DNA of 64,000 nucleotides from Candidatus Roizmanbacteria bacterium CG_4_9_14_0_2_um_filter_38_17 (GTDB lineage Bacteria; Patescibacteriota; Microgenomatia; GCA-00278855): NCBI GenBank assembly GCA_002788855.1, contig PFSB01000021.1, positions 494 to 64,493 of the forward strand, read 5' to 3'. Shown piece by piece: positions 55,874 to 64,000 of this stretch (position 1 is its first letter; each line of letters starts with the position of its first letter). The notes under the pieces were generated by a model. It saw only the letters and a program-made list of their open reading frames with translations, ran no database searches and was not told where the DNA came from. The position numbers and the translations under genes were made by a program.

Positions 55874-57153
55874 ATATATTTATCGTAATTGCGCATCACC
55901 AACTGTGATTCAAGTTTTTTAGTCGTTTCTAAAACCACCGAAACAACAATCAAGAGACCAGTTCCCCCAATGATTAAAGTTCCAATACCTGTAACTGCGT
56001 TAGCAATTGAAGGAAGAATTGCTATTATACCTAAAAAGATCGCCCCTGCCAATGTAATACGCGTCAAGACATAATTTAAGTAATTTTTAGTTGGTGTACC
56101 TGGTCTAATTCCGGGAATAAAACCACCATATTTTTTTACTTCCGCCGATATCTTTTCAGGGTTAAAGGTAACTGCAGTATAAAAATAAGTAAAAGCAACA
56201 ACTAATAAGAAATAAAATATATTATAAAACAAGCCTTCTGGATTAAATAGCGATGAAATATCTTGACCTATTGAAGCAATTGTTGGATTACTTGCCTGAG
56301 CCATAAAATTGCTCAAAAACCCTGGTAATAATATAAGTGATACAGCGAAAATGATTGGGATAACACCAGCTTGATTAACTTTTAGAGGTAAATAGGTTGC
56401 ATTTCCTCCATACATCTTTCTACCTTGTACTCTACGGGCATACTGTATGCGAATTTGTCTTGTGCCTTCATTTACAAATACTATTGCTCCAATTACTACT
56501 ATTCCCATTGTCGTAAAGACTAATGTTTGAAAAATAGTTTCTTGGTTAATAACTGAGACAGTCTGAAAAATAGACACTGGTAATCGTCCAACGATACCTG
56601 CAAAAATAAGCAGAGAGATGCCATTACCCATTCCATATTCAGAAATTAACTCTCCCAACCACATTAAAAGAAGTGATCCACAAACCAAAGTTGCCACAAC
56701 TGCAACTAAGCTAACAATTGAAAGCTCGCTGATAATTCCTTGGTTACGAAGTAAAACGTAGATACCTACAGACTGAGCAATAGCAATTGGTACAGTTAAA
56801 AAACGCGTATATTGATTAATTTTTTGACGACCAAAATCCCCCTCCTTGCTTAGCTCTTCAAGTTTTGGAAACACAACAGTAGCAAGCTGTAGAATAATCG
56901 AAGCATTAATATATGGATTTAAACCCAGCGCCATGATCGAAAAATTGGCTAAAGTTCCTCCAGAAAATATGTCTAACAAACTTAACAACTGATTCTGCGC
57001 AAAGAAATTGCTTAGCGCTTCACGCTGGACGCCAGGAACAGGAATAAATACGAATAATCTAAATACAAAGAAAATACCAAACGTAAACAGGATTTTTTTC
57101 CTTAAATCTGGAGCCTGAAATGACTTAACAATCGGATCTAAGATAGAATTCAT
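55870..57153 (-). CDS. secY: Preprotein translocase subunit SecY
   Basis: 10-TM SecY topology. Position between rplO and adk. Confidence 0.9.
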
Positions 57154-57594
57154 TTAAGCTTTTATTTTGCTTCCTTCTATTATCTTTTTGGCAGAACTTG
57201 ACATCGCTATATTCTCTACCTTCACTTTTTTCTTTAGTTCCCCTCTTGCTAGTATCTTAACACCACGAGTCCTTACTTCAACTGCGTTAAGTGCACCTGC
57301 TTTCACCAAACTTTCTGGTGTGATAACTGCATTAGCCTTAAACTGATTTAGAACATCAAAATCTATAATTACTGGCCTCGGACTTACTGGTTTATTTTTA
57401 CTCTTACCACGAAACATTGGCAAACGTTTAGTCATTGGGAGAGTTCCACCTTCAAAATTCAAAGGCATTTTACCTCGCTTGAGTGAGCCTTTTGTGCCAC
57501 GTCCGCTCTTTGCTCCTCTAGCGCCACGCTTACCACGACCAACACGCTTGCTGCCAGCGTCTACTATTTTTTGCAATTGTGCTAGATTAAACAT
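57154..57594 (-). CDS. rplO: 50S ribosomal protein L15
   Basis: Gly/Arg-rich N-terminus GRGKRGARGAKSGRGTKG. spc operon position. Confidence 0.9.
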   Translation of the reverse strand: MFNLAQLQKIVDAGSKRVGRGKRGARGAKSGRGTKGSLKRGKMPLNFEGGTLPMTKRLPMFRGKSKNKPVSPRPVIIDFDVLNQFKANAVITPESLVKAGALNAVEVRTRGVKILARGELKKKVKVENIAMSSSAKKIIEGSKIKA

Positions 57595-57605
57595 GTTTTT
57601 TTAGT

Positions 57606-58049
57606 TTATTTAAGTTTCTTCAATCCTTCAATAACTGCAGTTGCATTGCTTATTTTATTCCTTGTTCCGAGTATTTTAGAAACGATATTCTGAATTCCAG
57701 CTGCCTCAACTACCGCACGCACTGCTCCTCCTGCTCGAACCCCTGTTCCATCTGGAGCAGGTTTTAATAGCACCAATGCTGCACCTTTTTTTATCTCAAC
57801 TACATGCGGAATCGTTGAACCTTTCATCGAAACAGTTATCATATTTTTCTTTGCTCTTTTCATTCCTTTACGAATTGCCGATGCAACATCCGACGCCTTG
57901 CCTAATGCCACTCCAACCTTGCCTTTTTTATCTCCAACTACACAAAAAGCCGAAAAAGAAATCGCGCTTCCGCCAGTAGTTTTTTTAGAGGTACGTTTTA
58001 TCTGTATTACCTTTTCTTCAAATTCACTATTTTCTCTCATATATTTCAT
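57606..58049 (-). CDS. rpsE: 30S ribosomal protein S5
   Basis: dsRBD and S5 C-terminal domain. No L30 gene between S5 and L15. Confidence 0.9.
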   Translation of the reverse strand: MKYMRENSEFEEKVIQIKRTSKKTTGGSAISFSAFCVVGDKKGKVGVALGKASDVASAIRKGMKRAKKNMITVSMKGSTIPHVVEIKKGAALVLLKPAPDGTGVRAGGAVRAVVEAAGIQNIVSKILGTRNKISNATAVIEGLKKLK

Positions 58050-58058
58050 ATTTGTATA

Positions 58059-58364
58059 TTAAAAGTCTAGTCCACCTTTGCGTGCAGCTTCCGCAAGTTG
58101 TTTTACACGGCCATGATATTTATATTTACTTCGATCAAACTTTACCTGTTTTACACCTTTTTTCTTCGCGTCAATCGCCACTTTCTCTCCAACTAAAAAT
58201 GCTATATCTGAACCACTTTCAGCTTTTTTGCTCTTGATCTGTAAGCTATTAGCAGATGCCAGAGTTTTTGATTGCACATCATCTATAACCTGCACATAAA
58301 TATGCTTATTTGATCTGTACACGGACATCCGTGGTCTCTTTTTGTCTCCTATTATTCTTTTCAT
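58059..58364 (-). CDS. rplR: 50S ribosomal protein L18
   Basis: Sequence and position. Confidence 0.85.
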   Translation of the reverse strand: MKRIIGDKKRPRMSVYRSNKHIYVQVIDDVQSKTLASANSLQIKSKKAESGSDIAFLVGEKVAIDAKKKGVKQVKFDRSKYKYHGRVKQLAEAARKGGLDF

Positions 58365-58370
58365 TTTACA

Positions 58371-58931
58371 TTACTCTCCTGCTGCTTTAGCAGCCTTACC
58401 TTGTTTCTTTCTCACAACTTCACCTTTATATCTAATTCCTTTTCCTTTGTATGGCTCAGGTGGACGAACTTTGCGAATAAGCGCTGCCATCTCTCCAACT
58501 AGCTGCCTATCATGACCAGATACCTTAATCATGGTGTTATTTTCCACCTCAAACTTTATGCCTTCTTTTGGCTCTATTTTAACAAGATGAGAAAACCCAA
58601 CTGTTAATACCAAGTTTTTACCTTCAATTTTACTCCGATAACCAACTCCCACCATCTCAAGTTCCCTGGTAAATCCATTAGAAACCCCTATAACTGCATT
58701 TTGTAATAAGCTTCGAACTGTTCCATGCATTGACTTAGCCTGTTTATAGTCACCTTTCCGTTCGATTGTCACCATACCATCTTTTTGTTCTAATTTCAGA
58801 CTAGGATGAAGTTGCACGGTTAATTCACCGTTTTTACCTTTTACATTAACATCGGTAATGTTAATTTTAACCTCTACTCCTTCTGGCACTTTTACTGGTT
58901 GACTTCCTATTTTGCTCATAATATTTACCAA
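58371..58931 (-). CDS. rplF: 50S ribosomal protein L6
   Basis: Sequence and position. Confidence 0.9.
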   Translation of the reverse strand: MVNIMSKIGSQPVKVPEGVEVKINITDVNVKGKNGELTVQLHPSLKLEQKDGMVTIERKGDYKQAKSMHGTVRSLLQNAVIGVSNGFTRELEMVGVGYRSKIEGKNLVLTVGFSHLVKIEPKEGIKFEVENNTMIKVSGHDRQLVGEMAALIRKVRPPEPYKGKGIRYKGEVVRKKQGKAAKAAGE

Positions 58932-59320
58932 ATTTCACAAATTAATTCTCCACCTAAGTTTTCTTTCTTGGCGGCTCTTACGCTCATCACGCCTTTAGAC
59001 GTTGACACTAATGCCTGACCAACACCCGATAATACAGTAGGCAAAGCTGACTTGCTCGAATATTTCCGTAAACCCGGCTTACTCAACCGACGTACATCTG
59101 TAAATGCCCGTTGGCCATCAACATACATAAGCGAAAGAACTAGCTGCTTTTTTACTCCCTCACCCTCAACTTTAGCATCCCGTAGATACCCTTCTTGTTT
59201 TAATACAACTGCAATATCCTCCTTTATACGAGAATAACCAACTGTTAATTTAGCATGATTAGCCATGTACGCATTTTTAATGCGAATTAACATGTCTGCG
59301 ATTGGATCTGTATGTGACAT
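58925..59320 (-). CDS. rpsH: 30S ribosomal protein S8
   Basis: Sequence and position. Confidence 0.9.
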   Translation of the reverse strand: MSHTDPIADMLIRIKNAYMANHAKLTVGYSRIKEDIAVVLKQEGYLRDAKVEGEGVKKQLVLSLMYVDGQRAFTDVRRLSKPGLRKYSSKSALPTVLSGVGQALVSTSKGVMSVRAAKKENLGGELICEIW

Positions 59321-59330
59321 ATTTATTTTT

Positions 59331-59516
59331 TTACCATGATGCCTTTTTGACTCCAGGTATCTCTCCTTTCCTTGCTAACTCTTTAAAACACAATCTACAT
59401 GTACCAAATTTACGCATATACGCCCGACTTCTACCGCACAACTCACAGCGATTTACGTCGCGTGAACTATACTTTTGTTTATGTTTAAATTTTTCTATAT
59501 CTGATGTTTTTGCCAT
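59331..59516 (-). CDS. rpsN: 30S ribosomal protein S14 type Z (zinc-binding, 61 aa)
   Basis: CxxC...CxxC (CELCGR...CRLC). Short form. Confidence 0.9.
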   Translation of the reverse strand: MAKTSDIEKFKHKQKYSSRDVNRCELCGRSRAYMRKFGTCRLCFKELARKGEIPGVKKASW

Positions 59517-59517
59517 T

Positions 59518-60060
59518 TTATTTTTCTTTTGTAAAAGGGAAACCTAATTTTATCAACAATTCTCTAGCATGCTCATCAGACTTTGTAGAAGTTACTATGG
59601 TTACCTGTAGCCCTCGATAATCAGACGCCTCTACATTGTCCATTTCTGGAAACAACGAATATTCACTAAAACCAATAGATATATTTCCTTGCTTATCAAA
59701 TGCCGAAGGATCAATTCCTCTAAAATCTCGAAGCCTTGGAAGCACAATATCCGTTAGCCTCTTAAAAAAATCATACATTCGTTTATTTCTAAGAGTTACT
59801 TTTACACCAATATCTCGACCTGCTCTTAGCTTAAATCCCGAAATTGCACGTGTTGCCTTAGTAATTAACGGCTTTTGACCTGTAATTAAAGTAAGATGCC
59901 CAGCAACTATATCTAGTGCTTTTTTATTAGTCAAGGCTTCACCAACCCCAACATTAATAACAATTTTTGAGAGTTTTGGGATAGCCAATAAATTAACTAT
60001 CTTCAGCTCTTTAGCTAATTCTGATGTTACTGTTTGCTGATAGTATGTTTTTAGATCCAT
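59518..60060 (-). CDS. rplE: 50S ribosomal protein L5
   Basis: Sequence and position. Confidence 0.9.
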   Translation of the reverse strand: MDLKTYYQQTVTSELAKELKIVNLLAIPKLSKIVINVGVGEALTNKKALDIVAGHLTLITGQKPLITKATRAISGFKLRAGRDIGVKVTLRNKRMYDFFKRLTDIVLPRLRDFRGIDPSAFDKQGNISIGFSEYSLFPEMDNVEASDYRGLQVTIVTSTKSDEHARELLIKLGFPFTKEK

Positions 60061-60365
60061 TATTTAATCAATTTTTTACATTTACGACAAATTCTTTGTT
60101 TTTTATTCTTGATTACTGTGTAACCAACTCGCGTGCTTTTACCACACTCAGGACATTTTAAAGCAACTTTTGACACATCAATTGGTTTAGTAATATCTAT
60201 GATTCCTCCTTCATTATCTTGTGTCTTTTTAATATGTTTTTTGAACATATTAATTCCTTTTACAATTATTTTGCCTTTTTTAGGTATTAGTTTCTCTATT
60301 TTTTCTTCTCGACCTTTATCTTTACCTAGAAGAACCACCACTGTATCGTTAACTCTTAATCTCAT
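60060..60365 (-). CDS. rplX: 50S ribosomal protein L24 (with C-terminal Cys4 ribbon)
   Basis: KOW motif VVVLLGKDKG. C-terminal CPECG...CRKC. Confidence 0.85.
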   Translation of the reverse strand: MRLRVNDTVVVLLGKDKGREEKIEKLIPKKGKIIVKGINMFKKHIKKTQDNEGGIIDITKPIDVSKVALKCPECGKSTRVGYTVIKNKKQRICRKCKKLIK

Positions 60366-60373
60366 ATTACTAA

Positions 60374-60745
60374 TTAATAAACTTCTTTAGCTAAACTAAT
60401 AATGCGATCAAATCCTAGTTCTCTAAGTTCGCGAGCAACTGGGCCAAATACACGCGTACCAATGATGGTCTTATTCTGGACATTTTCTAAAACTACCGCT
60501 GCATTATCACTAAAACGAATGTGACTCCCATCGCTACGACTTTGCTCTTTTCTTGTACGTACAACAACTGCCTTAACTATTGTGTGATCTTTTACTGCAC
60601 CTAACGGGTCAGCTTTAGTAACGCTAGCTATTACAATGTCTCCTATCTTGCCATCTTTACGTCGTTTACCAAGAACTTGGACAACCATTAACCCTTTTGC
60701 ACCTGAATTATCTGTTACTTTTAATTTTGTCTGTAATTGAACCAT
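60374..60745 (-). CDS. rplN: 50S ribosomal protein L14
   Basis: [18 protein letters not shown]-terminus. Confidence 0.9.
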   Translation of the reverse strand: MVQLQTKLKVTDNSGAKGLMVVQVLGKRRKDGKIGDIVIASVTKADPLGAVKDHTIVKAVVVRTRKEQSRSDGSHIRFSDNAAVVLENVQNKTIIGTRVFGPVARELRELGFDRIISLAKEVY

Positions 60746-60750
60746 TTTAT

Positions 60751-60987
60751 TTAATTCTCAATTTTACTCACCACTTTAAACTTTTTGGTCTTACTAATCG
60801 GCCTAGTTTCTTCAATTATTACTTGATCACCTACGCTAAGCTCATTTAACTCATTATGAACTATATAACGTTTGTTGCGTTTTATAATTTTCTTATATAA
60901 AGGGTGTGCAAACTTTCGCTCCACATCAACAATCGCAGTTAGAGACCCTTTAATAGATACAATTTCTCCTGTTAATCGTTTAGGCAT
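60751..60987 (-). CDS. rpsQ: 30S ribosomal protein S17
   Basis: Sequence and position. Confidence 0.9.
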   Translation of the reverse strand: MPKRLTGEIVSIKGSLTAIVDVERKFAHPLYKKIIKRNKRYIVHNELNELSVGDQVIIEETRPISKTKKFKVVSKIEN

Positions 60988-61189
60988 TTTTATTAAGCTC
61001 CTTTTCGCGCTTTATTGTTTTTAATTGAGCAATATTGCGCCTCTTTAATTTCATCTCTTGAGTATTTTTCAGCTTACCCATGGTAAACTGCAATTTTAGA
61101 TCAAGAATATCTTTTTGCAAGTCAACAACCATGTTGTCTAGTTCGACAACTTTTTTTGCCCTATTATCTTTTAATTGTTTAGATTTCAT
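60980..61189 (-). CDS. rpmC: 50S ribosomal protein L29
   Basis: Sequence and position. Confidence 0.85.
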   Translation of the reverse strand: MKSKQLKDNRAKKVVELDNMVVDLQKDILDLKLQFTMGKLKNTQEMKLKRRNIAQLKTIKREKELNKNA

Positions 61190-61608
61190 ATTATATCTTC
61201 GCCTCGTTTAACAATTCTAGTTTTAATAGGAAGTTTGGCCGCCGCACGACGCAACGCCTCTAATGCTTCCCCCTCAGGTACACCACCTAATTCATAAAGC
61301 ATTCTTCCTGGCTTAACCACGCATACGTATCCCACAACTTCACCCTTACCACTACCCATTGATGCCTCAGATGGTTTACTTGAAATAGGCTTATCTGGAA
61401 AAATCCTTATCCAAACTCTTCCTCCACGCTTTGTATACCTTGTCATCGCAACACGAGCAGCTTCAATTTGATGACTAGTTATCCATGCGCGACCCAACGA
61501 CTGAAGTCCAAAATCACCAAAGCTAACTTCTGTTCCACGTGTTGCATTTCCTCGCATTGTTCCACGAAACTGCTTTCTATATTTTAATCTTTTAGGTTGT
61601 AATATCAT
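61186..61608 (-). CDS. rplP: 50S ribosomal protein L16
   Basis: [14 protein letters not shown]-terminus. Confidence 0.9.
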   Translation of the reverse strand: MILQPKRLKYRKQFRGTMRGNATRGTEVSFGDFGLQSLGRAWITSHQIEAARVAMTRYTKRGGRVWIRIFPDKPISSKPSEASMGSGKGEVVGYVCVVKPGRMLYELGGVPEGEALEALRRAAAKLPIKTRIVKRGEDII

Positions 61609-61622
61609 GTGTTTATATTAAT

Positions 61623-62258
61623 TTATGACTTTCGACAAATCCAAACCTTTATTCCTACATAACCAGATTTTGTCAAAGCTGGAACCACCGCAAAATCTAT
61701 CTCTTCACGTATAGTAGACATCGGAACACTTCCTTCTTTATATTTCTCCACTCGTGCAATTTCTGCACCCCGAATTCTGCCAGATAACATAATCTGAACT
61801 CCTTTTGCCCCAGCTCCCATAACCTGTTCAATTGCACGATAGACTGCTCGTCTATGAGGTATACGTCTCTCTATCTGCTCAGCAATATTTTTTCCAACTA
61901 GATGAGCATTCAAGCTTGGCGCAGATACAGGTTCAACCTGAATCTCTATTTTAGCGCTCGCTGCTCCTTCTTCAAAAAAGCTCATTATGTATTTTTTAAT
62001 TATTTCTAGATTTTGCCCACCTCTACCAATTGCCACTCCCGGTCGAGCAACATAGATCACTACTTTAACAGTGCTAATTGAACGCTCAATAACTACCTCT
62101 GCAATACCTGCATTAGCCAGTTTTTCCATAAGAGCAGAACGTAACTTGACGTCTTGAATCAAGAAATCTTTATATTTCCTCTTGTCCGCAAACCAACGAG
62201 ACGACCAAGTGAACTTTTCACCCATTCGAAATGCTTTTGGATGTACTTTTCTTCCCAT
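61623..62258 (-). CDS. rpsC: 30S ribosomal protein S3
   Basis: KH domain and S3 C-terminal domain. Confidence 0.9.
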   Translation of the reverse strand: MGRKVHPKAFRMGEKFTWSSRWFADKRKYKDFLIQDVKLRSALMEKLANAGIAEVVIERSISTVKVVIYVARPGVAIGRGGQNLEIIKKYIMSFFEEGAASAKIEIQVEPVSAPSLNAHLVGKNIAEQIERRIPHRRAVYRAIEQVMGAGAKGVQIMLSGRIRGAEIARVEKYKEGSVPMSTIREEIDFAVVPALTKSGYVGIKVWICRKS

Positions 62259-62260
62259 AA

Positions 62261-62653
62261 CTATATTGTGACCACCTTTTTAACTTTTTTTATTAATTTG
62301 ACAGGTTTTGGTTTTGGCTTTGGCTTTTCTGATAAAACAATCTTAATATGGCTGCTTCTTTTAACATAAGGATGCGACATTCCACGACTAACAGGGCGCC
62401 AGCGCTTTGAGTCTGGCCCTTTATTAATCTCTAAAAGCTTCACAACAAGTAAATTTTCTTGAGCGGAGTGAGTTTTAACTGCACCTGCAACTGCACTTCG
62501 CAGCGATTTTGCTAGATACTTAGCTGCATTTTTTTTAAGATAATCTAGATTAGATAAAGCTTCATCTACCAACTTACCACGCACAACATCAGCAACCTCT
62601 CGCATTTTACGAGGACCAATTTTTATATATTTAATCTCTGCTTTGTATTCCAT
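62261..62653 (-). CDS. rplV: 50S ribosomal protein L22 (C-terminal KP-repeat tail)
   Basis: L22 core plus KPKPKPKP tail. Confidence 0.9.
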   Translation of the reverse strand: MEYKAEIKYIKIGPRKMREVADVVRGKLVDEALSNLDYLKKNAAKYLAKSLRSAVAGAVKTHSAQENLLVVKLLEINKGPDSKRWRPVSRGMSHPYVKRSSHIKIVLSEKPKPKPKPVKLIKKVKKVVTI

Positions 62654-62658
62654 ATAAA

Positions 62659-62943
62659 TTAAGTCTTTTCTAATACTCGTTTTGTAACTTTTCCGTGTCC
62701 CCTAAACGTACGAGTTGGAGAAAATTCTCCAAGTCGATGACCCACCATATCTTCAGATATAAATACTTCAACAAACTTGTGTCCATTATGAACACCAAAT
62801 TTCATTCCTACAAATTCAGGTGGAATTTGGCAATTACGAGCCCAAGTTTTAATTTGAGCATCTTTACCCGTTTCTTTTAGAGCTAACGCCTTCTTAAGGA
62901 GTTTCTCATTTATGTATGGACCTTTTTTACTACTTCTTGACAT
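62659..62943 (-). CDS. rpsS: 30S ribosomal protein S19
   Basis: Sequence and position. Confidence 0.9.
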   Translation of the reverse strand: MSRSSKKGPYINEKLLKKALALKETGKDAQIKTWARNCQIPPEFVGMKFGVHNGHKFVEVFISEDMVGHRLGEFSPTRTFRGHGKVTKRVLEKT

Positions 62944-63734
62944 TATTTTTTTCTACGATCAACAACTATAAATTTCCGGCTATGTTTATTAGGGTTCCTA
63001 GTTTTTTTACCTAACGTCTTTTTACCCCATGGCGATTTAGGCGACGGCATTCCTATACCTGAGCGTCCTTCTCCACCTCCATGTGGATGGGACCCAGGAT
63101 GCTGAGCAACTCCACGCACAGTTGGACGAATCCCTAACCAGCGCTTTCGTCCTGCTTTGCCTAACGTTTCATTCTTAAACTCTTCTCTAGACACCTGTCC
63201 AATAGTCGCATAACAATCTTCATGCACAAGTCTTAACTCTCCTGAAGGCAACTTCAACTTAATATATTTCTTCTCGTGTGCAGCAATTAAAGCTGCACCA
63301 CCCGCTCCTCGAACCAATTTTGCTCCTTGACCTGGTGCAAGTTCAACATTATGCACTTCTTTTCCAATTGGTATATTCTTCAATGGCAAAGCATTTCCAT
63401 TTTTTATCTCTGCATCTGGACCAGACTGTACAACTGATCCCACTTCAATCCCTGCTGGAGCTAAGATATACCTCTTTTCACCATCTTCGTAATAGATTAG
63501 GGCAATCCTTGACGCACGATTTGGATCATACTCAATTGCTGCTATTTTACCAGCAATTCCATATTTGTCCCGTTTAAAGTCCAGCTCTCTATATAGACGC
63601 TTATGTCTACCACCGCGATGACGAATAGCCACGTGACCCTTGTTATCGCGACCTGCGCGATACTGCAGTGACTTTGTTAAGCTTTTTTCTGGTTTATGTT
63701 TTGTTATCTCCATATTATTAACCACCAATCTCAA
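62943..63734 (-). CDS. rplB: 50S ribosomal protein L2
   Basis: Sequence and position (263 aa). Confidence 0.9.
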   Translation of the reverse strand: MRLVVNNMEITKHKPEKSLTKSLQYRAGRDNKGHVAIRHRGGRHKRLYRELDFKRDKYGIAGKIAAIEYDPNRASRIALIYYEDGEKRYILAPAGIEVGSVVQSGPDAEIKNGNALPLKNIPIGKEVHNVELAPGQGAKLVRGAGGAALIAAHEKKYIKLKLPSGELRLVHEDCYATIGQVSREEFKNETLGKAGRKRWLGIRPTVRGVAQHPGSHPHGGGEGRSGIGMPSPKSPWGKKTLGKKTRNPNKHSRKFIVVDRRKK

Positions 63735-63987
63735 ATAACTCGATCTTATCTCCTTCTTTAAGTTTTAATAAGGCTTTTTTTCGTGGGCTTGTTTTAACAG
63801 TATTTCTACGCATCTGACCCTTACGTTTTGTCTTACCTTGAATTGTAATGGTTTTAATATCTATAACAGTTACCTCAAACTGCTCTTCAATAGCAACTTT
63901 TATTTGATTTTTATTTGCTTGTGTATCTACCAGGAATGTATACACATTAGCCTTAGAAGCATCTTGCAATGTTTTTTCTGTAATCAC
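63718..63987 (-). CDS. rplW: 50S ribosomal protein L23
   Basis: Sequence and position. Remaining 13 nt to the window edge would be the 3' end of rplD (not callable). Confidence 0.85.
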   Translation of the reverse strand: MITEKTLQDASKANVYTFLVDTQANKNQIKVAIEEQFEVTVIDIKTITIQGKTKRKGQMRRNTVKTSPRKKALLKLKEGDKIELFEIGG

Positions 63988-64000
63988 CGCTTTTTTAATA

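Noticed and set aside
1-64000. CRISPR arrays
   Set aside because: No series of regularly spaced identical repeats. The only tandem arrays are the 9-mer microsatellite at 2231 and the 22-bp x2 unit at 46288.

Overview
This 64 kb window is AT-rich and reads like a small-genome bacterium, resembling Candidate Phyla Radiation / Patescibacteria (inference from ribosomal protein order and gene content only). In order it contains: (i) housekeeping genes (ksgA-like tail, obg, era, gltX, dacA-like, aspS, recJ, cca, secDF); (ii) a two-subunit [NiFe]-hydrogenase with hypC and a maturation protease; (iii) a large minus-strand type IV pilus / competence-pilus cluster headed by a phosphorelay and a multi-TM histidine kinase; (iv) a four-gene MIO-lyase / adenylating / E1-like / nitroreductase operon; (v) pyrD, then RNase P RNA (rnpB) with a ~5.1 kb islet inserted at its 3' end; (vi) miaA, map, adk, secY and the S10/spc ribosomal protein operon (L15 down to L23) on the minus strand. 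The rnpB islet is bounded by a perfect 32-bp duplication of the rnpB 3' terminus and carries nucleotide-related genes: an HD hydrolase, two unknowns, a protein with a C-terminal PRTase domain, a thymidylate-synthase-fold enzyme and an HAD hydrolase. It has no integrase and is my best candidate for an undescribed system. The window is also unusually rich in palindromic repeats: a REP family (5 copies) next to a RAYT (IS200-like Y1 transposase) gene, and a separate 35-37 bp perfect palindrome inserted in-frame into miaA and into a minor-pilin leader. Coordinates were derived by hand from the sequence and ORF track; start codons were refined where obvious and may be off by a few codons.
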